64,000 bases of DNA from Balanoglossus misakiensis (Eukaryota; Animalia; Hemichordata): contig CM082581.2 of NCBI GenBank assembly GCA_040954595.2, forward strand, positions 9,465,878-9,529,877, written 5' to 3'. A program made the translations under genes and the position numbers. The notes under the pieces are model-generated. The model did no database searches, had not been told where the DNA came from, and saw only the letters and a list, made by a program, of their open reading frames with translations. Positions 1 through 14,158 of this stretch are shown in pieces; position 1 is the stretch's first letter; the number at the start of each line of letters is the position of its first letter.

Positions 1-215
1 ATATACCGTTTGTTGAATGCAGATGATAGGGAGATGCTATTGCGTAGGGATATTTGCGCCAGATTTAACTAGAAACTGCATACATGTACACACGTAGGTA
101 ACATTCATTGTTATTACAAATGCTAGGTTATGCAACTAGTGAAAGCGGGTTCCTAGATGTTAAAATGTACATGAAAACTGAGAAAAGTGGCACCCTGATC
201 TAGAGTGCCCGGATT

Positions 216-339
216 TTTACAAAGATTTTCTTTTAAATATACATTGCTTTGTAAGATATATTGTAAACGGAGACGTTTTTTCACAGATTTCTTTTTAAAT
301 ATACATTGCTGTGGTAGATATATTGTAAACGGAGACGTT
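216..339. repeat. Tandem duplication, 2 x ~62 bp
   Basis: agattttcttttaaatatacattgctttgtaagatatattgtaaacggagacgtt recurs as agatttctttttaaatatacattgctgtggtagatatattgtaaacggagacgtt; agacgtt at 271-277 and 333-339. Confidence 0.85.
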
Positions 340-1324
340 ATAGTGGGGGATGATGAAAGTCAAACTAAAGCATACCAAATCGTCCCGGCCCGCAAAAACA
401 GCTTTTACTTCGTATTTTTGACTTTTGTTGTGACGAAATTCAGTGTCGTACGTTAAGACGACTCCTTGTAATATGTATCAGTTGTGGGTACAAATGTGTA
501 TTTTGGGGACAAAATTCAAATCTGAATACGGATTGCCGAGACCATGGAATCCATCCGTCTTAATGGACTCTAAGCTTGTTCTACGGGCACTGCGGATTTG
601 CTTTCTCCATATACCCACTGGCAAGAAAATAAGACGATTGGGAAAAAATGCAGTGTGCAGAAAACTGTCCGGAAAAATTATGGTTTAACTTATTTATGCA
701 TAAGGTTCTTGTACTTATAAGACTTTTTCTCGGAGGACTTTTTTCTTGGGCCTCCGGGCAGGTTTTCAGAAAACAAATCTTAAAAGTGATATTGTCAAGC
801 TCATAAGTCGACATACGTGCGGTGCAGTGGATGGAGACTCGAGGTGGGGAGCCATCAGCAGTCACATATTTGAAACTTTTTAAGGCAAAATCGAACAATG
901 GGGTGACAGATGATGAAAAAATTATGTATTGACTCGCGTACAGTGTGATCATATTGATAAACATTTGTGTGTTTGTTTAACCTAGTGTATGAGATGCATA
1001 GTCAAGTATCACATTACTGCGTACGATGTTTTTAGATTTTAAAATGCTTGTTATCAAATCTCTCGGTGCGAATGAAGCAAAGCGCCCCTATAAAGGTTAT
1101 AACTGGTTGCCCTGAAGACCGTGGGCGTGGCATTAGAACGGTCAGGGAAGCAGACAGGTTAACCTGTATGGCTGTGATTTTTTCCGGCAAAACAGAGATA
1201 TTTTGTCTTTGCCAACAAGTTTAATATGTAAGTCTTGCGTTGCTACGTTCCACTCACCAATCGTCGTCACCATTTCTGCTTGTTATATTCAGAGTAACGT
1301 TGTTCTGCAGCAATTAGAAGTTTA

Positions 1325-1428
1325 CCATCCATCCATCCATCCACTGAACCACCCACTCACCCCCCACACACCCCCACCACCCACCCAACCAGACATCCAG
1401 CAAACCAAAACCATCCACATACATACAT
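1325..1428. repeat. Degenerate (CCAT)/(CCAC)/(ACAT) microsatellite-like tract
   Basis: ccatccatccatccatccactgaaccacccactcacccccc...acatacata. Confidence 0.7.
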
Positions 1429-3526
1429 AAATAGAAATTCTGTGGTTCCTTGAAGATGCAATGGCTTCGTTCCCGGTTACGGAGATCAGCACGTAATTTC
1501 TTTCTGCAAAAGTTATCTTTACCTCTAGCCTGAGGCTTCCGCTAGGAATGTCATTAGTTTCGTAATATTTGTCCCAAAGTTATCAACGATTTTCCCCCCG
1601 TACGTATTCTTATCATGAATGAGAACACCTCTACCACGATGTTTTCGTCACAGTAGTTAAGGAATTTCGCCAACAAATGGAAATATTGCCAACCGTACTG
1701 CACTTATTACCTTCGTTATGAGATCACCATGCTCTCGTCTTGTTTTAACTAGGAAAAATACACTGTATGGCTTAAATCGAGAATCCTCGTAGAACCCAAC
1801 AATAGAAATCAAACACTGCTAAGTGGCCCAATTATTCTCAGAGACTACACGCGAAAGCGACCTTAACCCTATAGATACTCGCGTGTACACGCCTGAGTGC
1901 AGGCAAAACCGACAATCGTTTAGTTAGATGCGAACTATGAACTGTGCAAAATATGTGTTTAATATGTTTTAACCAACAAAGCTTCCGCCTTGTGAACTAA
2001 ACCTGAATAATTTCACCTCGTTTAGAACATTTCAAATGACTCAACGACACGCGCAGTCAGGAGGCAAGTTCCCACCCCACAGAATGAAATGAATGTGTTC
2101 AGAAAATGGTATATCTTGTTGATCTCTGTCATAAACGCGTATCTCGCCAGTCGGTAATGTATAGGTACAATTAGACAAGTGACAAGTTTAGGAACATATA
2201 TAATGTAGAATATATTGCACTATGAATCACATATACATGATATTGTTTTAAAAATACATATAAATAACTGTTGAATGATATAATTTATGCTGTAAAATGA
2301 AGTTGACCTGATAGGCGATAATACTCAGAAGAAATAGAGTCTTCTTAATGAAAACATGTTGTCTATAAATTCTTGTTAAATACTGATTCCGTTACTTTAT
2401 CTTTACCCTGTGGATAAAACATACATGCTAAATAATGTATTGCGTCCGAGTATTAAAATGTGATGGTAAATTGACAAGAGTTCCCTGTGTAGGCTAAGTA
2501 AATGGCAAGAGAATCTCCACTAGATAAAAATACATAGAAGTACATAAAACATTATTCTGTACAGATGAAAGACGCAAGTGATATAATACCCTGTATTTGG
2601 CTTTCTAAAGCACGGTTGTGGCACAGCTAGTAGTATGTAATATACGTGACCGACAATCAACTAAGGTGATTAATTAAAACATCTCATAAGATAATAAGCC
2701 TACTTTGGTAGAATTTTATTCTTGAGCTCCATTTAATAACAAAGCGCTTCAAAAATCATTTTTTCTATTTCGTAAATGCGAAACCAATTTTTGAGATTAC
2801 CGACATGCATGAATGACTGGACGTTATGACATATTGTGGATGTACAGCGCGTAAAAAGCATATGCATAATAATGCACAGCGTTAATTAAGCACCATGCTT
2901 CAAGTGCATTGGTTACGTGAAATACTGTTTTCATTTGAATTGAAAGGTGATCCGATATTCGTGTTAATATACCCTGTTTTAATGTAAAGGATTGCGTGAG
3001 ATGGTCGCACACCGGTTGTGACTCAAGTCATTGTCAGATATGTTCATCAAGAAACAATGGTTTCGATTATACATTATACAGACATTATAAATATAAAAAT
3101 CAAATTATAAATCTAGAAACACTACAAATACTACATTTTATAGTTTCATTTTTCAGAAGTCATAAAATAACGTGGCCTGTGTTTCCGTCTCCCCAGTTCT
3201 GTTTGGCTATCAGTAATATTTTGGAAATATCGATGACGCCACGACTTCATAGACGATTTTCCGCTCATCGCCAGATCTCGCGAGACTTGGTCAATAACCA
3301 TAGCAACGTGTTACCAGCCAAGTAAGTCAAGCTTTGTAGTAAACTACAATACGCGCAGAGTTTAACAAATAGTGTGACTTTTGTAAACGTGTAACACGAT
3401 GGGCGATGTGTTGTTTGCCCAGTGTCACATGAAAATGTCCACCCACTGCATAGCCATGCGAGATCTCGCAGTATCTCGTGGCGTTCGGAAAATGGTCTAT
3501 TGGTGGTCGTCTTTTCGCTGCTTCAG

Positions 3527-4455
3527 TCAGCATTTAGTGGCATACAAACTAGAATTTCGCAAACTGGCCGTGAGGCCCGTTGCCCTAGATATGGATGTAA
3601 ACGTTGGGCCACGCCGGATCTTCTGTGAAGATCTGCGCCGGAAACCGAGAACGTTTAGAAACGCAATTTTAAACTTTGTCGACATGATGTTGTAGATAAT
3701 AGGATTGATACCAGAATTCAGGTAGAGCATAATGCGGCAAAATGTTATTAAACTGTACAGGCCTGTCATGCCAAACGGCATGGCGCCATTTTCTCGGAAA
3801 ACAAGCCACAGCGAGACGACTCGTTGGGGCAAAAGGCATACAAAAAACATTGATACAACAGCGATCAGCATGTACACTGCCCTCCTGCGGGCCAGCAAAT
3901 TGGAAGACTGTCTCATGCCGTCGTCTTCGCGGAGAGAGGTTTTGCTTGAGGTTTGCGAATGCCGTATGATCGCCATCAGACGCAGGGCGCGCATGGCGTC
4001 CTGGGTTTTGTCGAACTTGATTCTCCTTCCGCGAATGTTCCCGTTCGCATACATAGTTCTTTCGGTGGGTTGGAAACAGGGCTCGGGGGTGAACCGCAGG
4101 GTGATGGCTATTTTCCCGTACAGTATGGCCAGCATCAGCATCGGCATGAAGAAGAACACAACGGCAGATACGATGAGGTACACCTCTGAAGGTGTTCCCG
4201 TGACGTACGTTCCACAAATGTATCCCTCCGCGTCGCCGCCTTTCGGTTCGTACTTTGCCATGAAGATATACGGGAGACTGGCTGCCGAAGATATTGCCCA
4301 AATGAGGATGCACGTTTTGAAAGTGCGCTCGGATGTGCACGTATACTGGGCCTTCAGCGGGTGGCATATTGCTATGTAGCGCTCCATTGCTATGGCAACT
4401 AGAGTAAGAACAGACGCCTGTTCTGTGGAATGTTCCATGAAAGGTACCATTTTGC
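3527..4455 (-). CDS. ETHR: Gene A, coding exon 2 (TM3 to C-terminus) of an ETH-receptor-like class A neuropeptide GPCR (GHSR/NMUR/TRHR-related group); spliced product 440 aa
   Basis: Acceptor ttctttgcag|GC AAA ATG at 4456/4455. Encodes ASVLTLVAIAMERYIAICHPLKAQYTCT (TM3, ERY), ECL2 Cys, FFFMPM (TM5), FFVCLLPQRV (TM6) and FCRIMLYLNSGINPIIYNIMSTKFK (TM7, NPxxY). These resemble insect ETHR motifs as I recall them. The GPCR call is firm; the orthology needs a tree. Confidence 0.9.
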
Positions 4456-7400
4456 CTGCAAAGAAAGGAATTAAAGAAAATCAGCATCATCATCATCAAG
4501 CTTAGTGGTCTTGTTTTTGTTGTTGCTTTTGCCAACTTCCATTATTGATGACCAAAATGTCAGAAATACTACCGATAAAGATTTTGTTGGGTTTAGTTGT
4601 CAAATTATTTTTTTTCGAGAAATTAGTTGCTGCTGTATATGGACATGTATGCATTGCAAGTATAACGAAATTTTAAGAATGGCGCTATAGTGAGAACACC
4701 TTTGTGCATTTGCACCATATTCTGAGTTTTCATAACTTCAGCAAATAATGTCACCCCCAACCAAAAAGAAGAGAAAATGTACGAACAGATGGACATACAT
4801 GTACGACATTTTAGTCACAACACCCACGCGAGGTTCCAACCGTCGGAGATTATCAGCCTGAGATCGAGATAGTCTCCAAAGGTGTATCAATTTGATATGT
4901 ACAGGATATAACCGGAAAAGCGATCTCAGGTAAATTTCGGATATCAATTTACAGACAATCTGTCACCCTCACTTAAAAACGAAAACCTTAGAATGTATTA
5001 AGTGCGAAGTACGTGTATTTGTTCAATCTTACAGGAGTCTGTGATATTAAACATTAATCTCAACTGCATTATTTGTCTTTGACGGAAGGAATATGTACTG
5101 GTTTTGAGCGGGTTTTACTTTTAATAGGCAATTACATTAATGGAACCAAAATTCCACCCTTTTTACCGAATCACGATCAAAAAGAAGGAAAATAAGCCTA
5201 GCTCCGGGTTTTGCTTAATGTCTTAATTTTGTCTGGATGCATTTGATTCCTAAACACTTAGAATGCATCGCATACGGTTGAAAAATCCAAATTTAGAATA
5301 ATACATTCCCTCTGTAATGGACCCTAATGAGTCCTTAAAAATAGTCTCAAGTGTATCAAATCCGAGGGGGCATGTACGTGTATAGTAAGATGTTCAAAGT
5401 TTCCCGTGACAGCATAAAACCATTTTTCCAACTCCAAGCAAATTATGCGTTGTTTGAAGTTTAAAATTTCATTAACGACGTTCAACCGAATATTCCGTTT
5501 ATGGCTCATGATTGTCAGTCAGTTCCAATTACACCATTTTTCTTTTGGTGTGTTATGTAAGGAACTCAGTACTGGTGGGATTTTCAGGTCAACCATTTTT
5601 TCACATGGAAATCAACGAAATGATATTGAAATGTGGGCATCATCTCCCTTCAGTAGCGTCTTGTTTTTTTTAAGACAGCAGTTGCTTACAGACTGAAGCT
5701 CCGACGAAATACGTTTAGTGTTGTTTTTATTACTTCGTCACGAAATACAGTTGACATTGCGCCCTACCTCGTTTTCCACCCGAAGGTGTGTCCGGGAAAT
5801 CTACACGTGAAATGAATTAAAATGTACGCTATCGGAGAACGGTTAATCTTATATGTAATCACGAAGCCTATCCAATGATGCGCTCATTTTCACCGCCAAC
5901 GTGTGCATGCCCGGATGGGGCAGCTATTACAAAACAATTACACTAACCACTATACATATATGTCGTCTAGACTGTCTCCGCTGGCAGTGCTGTGTTGCTA
6001 CCACCGCGTCAGACGACACAAAATGGTCGCTGTTTCGAAGGTAGGCGACTAAAATGTAATTGCTTAGGCCTACACAATTTGAATGGAATGGGGGAGTGAA
6101 CTACAACATCGCTTGTTAGGCGCGACGACAAATTCGCCCTGGTGATAAGACAATGAAATCCAGGGAGTGGACCTGAATATATTCTTCGCCATTTGCATTG
6201 CACGCAGCAATGGGGCTACAGTTGAATATTGTTACACGGAGTGATTTCATGAAAAGTCAAACTAGCAGCCGTAGAAAAGTCTTTTCACAAGGCGTGAGTA
6301 CACGATATTTACCCGCAGCTGCAACGCTACCGTACGTACATGTACGTTCTCCCTGAATGTTGCTTTTGCCGGCATTTGCTTTACGTGCTGCCCGGTGGCG
6401 GCACTCTAACGGAAAATCAGTATTCGTGTACACAAAACCCAAGCTATGGTGATAGCTCAGAACATTTGAATACGATCAGTTGGTATACACGAGCTTTGTG
6501 TAAACTTGGCACAAGTCGACAGGCGAATGATACATGTTTAAAGGTAGAAAATCACCCAAAACCCTGTGTATGTCCGCATGCATGGGAATGGGGTTATAGC
6601 TTTTCTATTATGTCAGCATTCTGTTTAGCTGTGTCTTTTGGGGTTGTAAACGTTCGAAAACGACGACTGAAGTAAAATTGATGACAATCCTTCTTTTAAT
6701 ATCCGAGCCGTTGAAATAGCGTGTGTCTTACACGTATACGGAAAGTTCAGTTTTATACACCTTCCTTCGAAAGATGATACTGGAGACAGCCTTGGGTTTA
6801 TTCTTTCACAGGCCGCCAGTTCACGTCTTTGCAACTACGTTCCCCGGGTTAGAGGCACGATGACGCACATTGTTCGTATTTAATGGTTTCTGCAATGACG
6901 CTCCTCAGATGTCGTGAATATCATACATTTTATTATTGACGTGCTCAAGATGTTTCCAAGGCAAATGTGAGATTAACCAACATTTCTGAATTGTGACGGT
7001 CCAACGAGCCTCTCACTTAAACTTAAACTTAGAATTGACAAGTCTAGAATAGGCGGTTGACTCAAACACAGTAGACTGAAGTTGAATAGGAAATAAACAA
7101 TACGTGTCCTAGGTTATATAAAAAAATCCGATTGAAGCCAACAGTTTATTGTTTGGTTCAAACATAGTTTTACATCAATTCGCTGATGATTAAATAATAT
7201 CATTTCAAAACTATGACACCTAACCCAATCAAAAGTTGCTTTGGAAGATTGTAGACTTGTGTAGAAGTTTACTGGCCTTGGGTGACAAAGTTTGCATGAT
7301 AAAATATCAAACAAATATGTTTTTTAACACATGATAAAAATATCATAACGTGTTGTAGTTGCAATTATACACCCCAATGGTCGTACAGTGTTAGACCCCA

Positions 7401-9330
7401 CAGGAGTGTGAGAAATCGATACATGTTTCGTTCACACCTAACAGACAAAAATACGCGCAAAAACATTGATAATGACTTGCAATAAGTGACGAAAGCGTTA
7501 TCAAGGTGTTGATCATTTTCCCTACAGATCTGCACGTGGTGTTAATTGAATGATAATAAGTAACTTCAACGAAGGCAAGGTATAAACAATTCGATACGCT
7601 CGTTAGTCTCAACAACCTACCGTACGCTAACAAGGAGATACATGCAAACGCGAAAAAAATGCGAAAAGAGTGTTGCTAATGAATACAATCTTGCTTTTAT
7701 TGGAACACGACTATTGCATCTCGGATTGAAGACGAGTAAGAGAGCCGGGTGCACGACACAGACAGAAAGGCGTGTAAGCGGGAAAGCGAGATGATACGAG
7801 AACTCGAGACGCGCGATGTTCATAGAAGTGAATAGAATATCGTTGAGTGGCAGTGATATTCAGTCCACAGTCACCCTCACACTAGCTAGCATATAACTTT
7901 AACCTTTTCGGTTTCCACATGAAAGATACTACTAACTTTTTACATCTTATGACACACGAAAGTATAGAGCCCTGACATTTTACGGGTGGTGTATATGCCA
8001 GCCGTATTTCACATCCATTCAACCCTTTACATAACCCTTTTTTAAAGAACATGTATAGGATTTGTCATTTGACCAAACATGCTTTAGTTTTAAATAAAAT
8101 AAATAAGCATTTGCAGGCGAAAGCGAGTTATTGGGTCTAGTACTACTAGGACTGTCACAGTGGTTTGTCCCACAGACGTGCACAAAGCATAGTTCCGCAA
8201 ACCCCCTTTGTGGGTACGAAAGATTATGACTTTTTATAGACAGGATTCAACTCGTTGCCGCCAGGGGCAGATTTCCTGGTTTACAATGACTCGCCAAAAT
8301 CAGAAAAGATTGCAGATTAGCTAATAGATTGGAAAGACCTGACCTTCTCTTCAGAAAAAAATACACGTGTTTTCATGTATGGGTACCAGTATGAGCGGAA
8401 ATTCTACTGTTGAAACCATTGACCCACGTCATCCTTAGAAACTAATAACCATAAGTGCCCACCTGGACGAGAAATCGTCTATAATCGTCATCTCAGCCAT
8501 AGCGGTTATCAACTTGTATTTTCATCTCAAGAATACACACAGTCACTGCTACCTTTCGGTTAAAGAGAGGGAAGATTTCTCGTCGGAATCAATATCAAGT
8601 GATGGGGTTTCATCTGTCTATAAAATCGACCTTTTCTGGGTCTGATTCTGTATTGAACATAGATGTTTCCCAGAGGACATTCGCGTTCACTTTCTCATCG
8701 TCAATACTCCTGCAGACGTCTGTGTGATATCAGATGGAGTGTCTCGACGCGACTGCATTAACATTGAATCCTCGCTCGAAAATAAATGTAAATTTGTTAG
8801 AATTCGTGAATACGTGAGCTGTCATTTAGATGAGCGAGATGGCGAAGAGTCACAATCATAGCATTGAAATCGAAAGTACTCAAGAGAAATGGTCGATTAT
8901 GCAGTAATGTAAGCTCTTTCATACATATTGCAAATAATCACGAATAAATTAACACAAATCATTTCGAATCAAGGATCTTCCAGGAGGACTGATTAGTATA
9001 ATCCTCTTATGCAGCTTTTTCTTAATTTATCAGGTTATTTGTGACGAGACATGTTTTGTCAATTACTGATTTGCTTGAACCTTTGAAAGTAATTTCCTGA
9101 ATGCCTTTGGCAGTTTCTCAATGTTATCTTTCGTGTGTTCATAATCTACAGACATGCTAATTGCACTACATACCCCGTGTATATTTGTGGATATCAATCT
9201 GCCCCCTTGTCATATCCCGTGGCCCAGGGGTGTACATATCTATAAAATCTATCAGGATACTCTAAATAAGGTTAACCAGAAGCGCAACCTGGAAGCAGCC
9301 TATCATATACGCATAAATTTAATACAATCT

Positions 9331-9458
9331 TAGAGAGAGAGGAGACAGAGACAGAGAGGAGACAGAGAGAGAGAGGAGACAGAGAGAGATGGGAAAAGAG
9401 AGACAGAAAAAGAGAGAGACAGAGAGCGAGCGAGAGACAGACAGACAGACAGACAGAG
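9331..9458. repeat. (GA)n/(GACA)n compound microsatellite
   Basis: agagagagaggagacagagacagagagg...gacagacagacagacag. Confidence 0.9.
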
Positions 9459-12400
9459 AATGATGTACAACATATGTCGATACCTGTCCATTCTGTAAAA
9501 CAGTAATGACGGGTCGACAATTCCGTCTCGACATATCATAATGAAATTCGAACTTAAAATAAAAAATCTATCATGATTCTATACATTCTCCTAGGCATGA
9601 TAGATAGATAGGCCTTTTAGTCCTGCAATTAGACAAAGAGAGTGACTCTGGGGTGACTTTGGGAAAAGTATCCTGTGATTTCCTGGGGATATTCTGAATT
9701 ACAGAAAATAAAGACTTCAGATCAACACTATCACCCCGAGCTTTGTAACTAATCATCCACCGAAGCTATATCAAAATGTATTCATTACTACTAACTTTCA
9801 CCAAGGGAAGTGCCCATTGATATTAAAGTAACATACAAGTATATCTGAAGAATATTTATCAAATGGTTTTGGATATTATCAATGTGGACAGGATATAGCT
9901 GTATGGATAAGGAAAAACGCATGATATCAGTTAACATTTTCTCTCACAAAAAACACCCTTTGACTATTCACAGAACCTTGAGTTAATGTTTCAATGGATC
10001 AAGACTTGTATATAAAATGGGCGTTAGCAGAAGCTATAAATAGCTCAAACGGCGTGTCTTCCGCTTTGTACCATGACCAGCACGGGTGCCATTACTGTCA
10101 CAATATGTTAAATTGCTTATAATTCCAAAATAATTGGCACATTGCGAAGTGAGAGTGTAGCGTATTCGTGGACGAGGCTATATATGTATATCGCCGCCGA
10201 GTTTCGCCGAGCGGGGCGCCGAACGACGCCATGCGCAGATCATAGCTTGCGGGAAAGATAAAGATACGACAGAAAGTCGCAAGGTACAGGTGTTTCATCA
10301 CCGCGATTGCGTATTTATACCATGGTTTTTAGGTAAGCCGAGACTGTCTTTCTCGGGAAGATTGAATGACTGGTGTCTTAGGGGATGAGCAGCGGAGTAA
10401 TGAAAAAAACTCATTTAATGTGACCTTCGCTGATGATTGCCAAGTTCATAACATGGCAGACTCACCTTGAAAATTCAGACTATTTCCCTTTGGAAATTCT
10501 GATCGTACCAGTGTCATATTTGAATAACTGGATTTCCTGAGGAATGAGCTGAAATGATTCTACATTACTCTAACTGGTCTGTTGTTTATTTGTTAAGTAT
10601 CCATTTACCGCTTCCTTTAATATCAACTTGTTGTAAAGACGTGTTCTGTATATTTTCTACTATACTGGGATTTGTGTTGGATCATCCAACTGGCAGGCTA
10701 AAAGCTACATGTACGTGTATTACGTCATTAACGAAAGACGTATGATGGTACTAGTATCGCCATTTTGCAAGATCTAACCGGATTGAGATTAAACGCAGAG
10801 AAGAAACTCATGATAAGTACCCATTAAAGTAAAGTATGTACAGTATGCGCTCTCTACACGTGACGAATCTGTATTTTTGCAAATTGTGCATAGTTGTTTG
10901 GTGAAACCTAGAATCCATTACTGCAAAATAATGGGTTTGAACGTAATTAAAAGTTTGCTAATTTGCACAAATTAACGTAATTTGGGGCAGTAATCTGTCT
11001 CTTACATGAGACTTAACAGCGCTATTATCATCATGTTCGGGAAGTAGACAACTATTACACACGAAACGCCGACAGACGTGAGAAGGTTGGCGGCGGCATC
11101 TCTCCCGCTGGTTGACTTTCAAGTGCTTGCAACTAGAAAAAAAAGTGATACTCTGCGGGTAAGAAAAACAGCTGACGAAACATTTGCACAGTCTCCAGAG
11201 AAACGTGTATATACCTTTTAGATGGCTTAGCTTTAGCGTGGAAATGTTTGTTCTTGCATTATGTCTCTAAATGTCATTCGCTTGAGCGCAGACGTTTGGA
11301 CGTCGAAGGGTCAGCTCAGTTCGAAACATTCGTGAGCTGGAGACGGCTCAATCAGATTAAAATCAGCAGTAGCGATAGGTGACTTCTTTACCCTAGCTTG
11401 GTCCCTTCTTTTCGTGCTTTGTCTACGGCCGATTTTAATCAGATTGATACTGCGATCACTATGACTTCGAGGAAAAACCCACGGGTACATTTCACAGTTG
11501 ACCAGATGTTCTTCAGTTGTAATACCCAAAGGTCGGGACGTCCCACGCAAAGAGACGAACAAGCACTGACATTTAAAGGGAAACTGTCTGATCATTCAAT
11601 TTCCATTCATCCCAGGTGAATAGAATAATCCTGTTAAATGACTCATTTACTCCAGATCATATCGTGGGGGTCCAAAACTATGACAAGATATCGCCCAATT
11701 GATTAACACTTACTTTGCGAAGTATATGGGGGATTATCGTAGCAACCAGAGCACTGCTGCCGTCGTCATCGGTGTCTCGTGTCAATTCTCGGTTAACTTC
11801 CTATGGCAATAGCAACCATATCTAGACACTATTAAATATTTAATGCTCTGGGTACACACTTCCTGTCTCGTGAATAATTGAATCGCGTCCAGTCGGCGTA
11901 TGTTTGAATTTAAGTATAACCCAGCTTTAACCAGAGCAATCCGAGCCAAAGGAAGAAACACTAATATTTCTATTTTGCACAGGCTTATTGTAGTCAATCT
12001 GGGTGACTATAGGCAATGCTGTGAGAGCGAGACAATAGTGAAATGGCGTCTAAACGAATATTATAACCTAAATCATACAATATTAAAAAAAACGCGTTCT
12101 TGAAGAAATGAACAAAAAACCCATTTACAAAAAAACTAAGATGAATTATCTTTAACCGTTGATATTTCAAGACTAGTGAAACATTGAGGCCAAGATGCAT
12201 TTTATGGACAATGATTTTAGCGCGGGAACTAACAGCTCCTGTACTACTCTTGTTTGACATTTGTATTTTAGCATGTTTTGAGGAGCCATGCAACGTAATA
12301 ACATAATTCTTCAAAATGTCATTTAGTTCATTCCTTATAGACACACGGCCATTGTTGCAGCACTTGTAAAATGTAAAGATTCAACTTCAAGGTATAAGAC

Positions 12401-13682
12401 GTGGCACGGTCTCTACAAGAAAGTCTATAGGTTCTAACAACTGTAACTTGTCGACTGAATTATCATGATTATATATAGCATGCAGGAAATCATGTAAGTA
12501 ATGTCAGACTGACCCGGCGAGGTATTGATGCTTCGAGCTTCCGTTCTGCATTATTTAGACGTTAGGGATGTGAACTTGGGGTCAGTGAGACGTGGTAATA
12601 CAGGAGTACTCTCGGCCGCCGAAGGCCGCGACCGCATGTACGATGTTGGAACAACAAAATATAATCCTTGAGTCCAACAGAAATGTATGGCTCTCTTGTG
12701 ACGTATCCCCGTGGATGTAATTTTCCTCCGTCGTGAGCTCTCGGAAAGTATGTTTAATTCGGCAGATAGCCCGAGTAAATTGGCAAACACACATGAGAAT
12801 GACCCTTATTTCTTGCATGTGTTGCATGCTTGTGTGTGTACCATGTATTTGCATTAAAGCGCCGTAAGGTAGACAACTCTCGCTTAGAACCCATACATGT
12901 CAAATATGCAAATTTAGTTGCAGTCACCACCCGGAAAGTGGGGAACTGGTCAGTCGTAGATATCCACTTCTGTAGCCACGCGAAAAAACACCCGCCGCCA
13001 CATGTTTATTGGGCTGACTGGGACACGCCCTTTCTCCTAAATTTTCTCTAAAATTAGTGCTTAATCCATTGTGTCATTTCAAAAGCCGAAGGCTGATGTA
13101 GCCATTAAGTCTACGGCTCTATTCTCTTCCTTGCCATTTAGCGCAGATTACAACGGTTTGATCTCTCCCGGGACTTATAACTAGATTTTAAGTCATATAT
13201 TTGAGCGAGATACATTCGAAGCGTATTCAAGTGACGCTGTGGCCATGTGAAGAACTCAAACCCTTTACATTGGGAGTGGCAGTTTTTGATTTCCGATAAT
13301 AAACGGAAATATGTCCACCCTTCCCCCATTGGTACAGAGTCTTACAACGCTCACAAATTTGCATCGATGACTGACAGGTGTATAGAACAATCATGAGAAA
13401 TACATGGTCATCGTTCGCATATGCCTCTCAATCACTTTGTACATCTGAAGATCGGTGGAGATTATACCTCCGCACATCAATAAGTGAAATTCGGCAAACA
13501 TATTCTACATTTATGGCAGACTATACAGTGCCACTGCAGAACGTAAAAGAAAAAAACCCTCAGAAAATATATAATCCGGAACGCTATGTATTCCTAATAG
13601 CTATCGATTGCGAAAATCTACCCAATTTGATGCAATTACTACGCAATTTTCGAGAACTGCGACACTACAATGTGGTCGCCGG

Positions 13683-13696
13683 GTTTCCATGGCAAC
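13683..13696. promoter_or_regulatory. RFX X-box motif in gene A intron
   Basis: GTTTCCATGGCAAC matches the palindromic X-box GTTNCCATGGNAAC; function is untested. Confidence 0.45.
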
Positions 13697-14088
13697 GTGT
13701 ATTCCCCTTCTTCACCGAACGACAAATTATTCGATAGATTAATACGATAATCCCCACGTGCGTTTCTAAAGGGAAAATTGTACACAGTTGTCAGAAATCG
13801 TCTTAATATGACTGCCTTCACAGTTAGTCAGCAAGTTTGATTTGATCTAGTAATTATGTTGACATTCTTTTCTCCCCATATTTTCACAGAAATGAAAAAA
13901 ATATCACATGGTTTGCATGGATGGTTGTGAATATAACTGCCTTAATGTCTTACTGATCGTCACGTGTTGCTTTTATGCACGTGGTTAATGTTCCCGTGGC
14001 TGTGAGTACGTGTATGTTTGTTTGTGAGCATGGGCGCGCCTGTTGTCAATTCTGGTTTGTTTCTATTGAATTTCTCAAGCTCCTCGTA

Positions 14089-14158
14089 AGAGAGAGAGAG
14101 GGGGGCGAGAGAGGGGGGAGGGGAAGGGGGAGAGAGAGAGGGGGGGGAGAGAGAGAGA
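14089..14158. repeat. Polypurine (GA/G-run) tract
   Basis: agagagagagaggggcgagagaggggggaggggaagggggagagagagaggggggagagagagaga-type run. Confidence 0.85.

Noticed and set aside
1657-1866. Possible TTAA-flanked MITE (ttaaggaatttcgc ... gcgaaagcgaccttaa)
   Set aside because: The inverted repeat is short and gapped; unsupported without a genome search.
3669-4535. 288-aa alternative-frame ORF and 215-aa antisense ORF (3732-4379) overlapping exon 2A
   Set aside because: Shadow frames of a GC-rich coding exon; no recognisable domain.
510-5327. Short similarities between 510-573 and 5282-5327 (aaaattcaaatctgaata / taatggactctaa)
   Set aside because: Possibly old dispersed-repeat relics, but too short and AT-rich to call.
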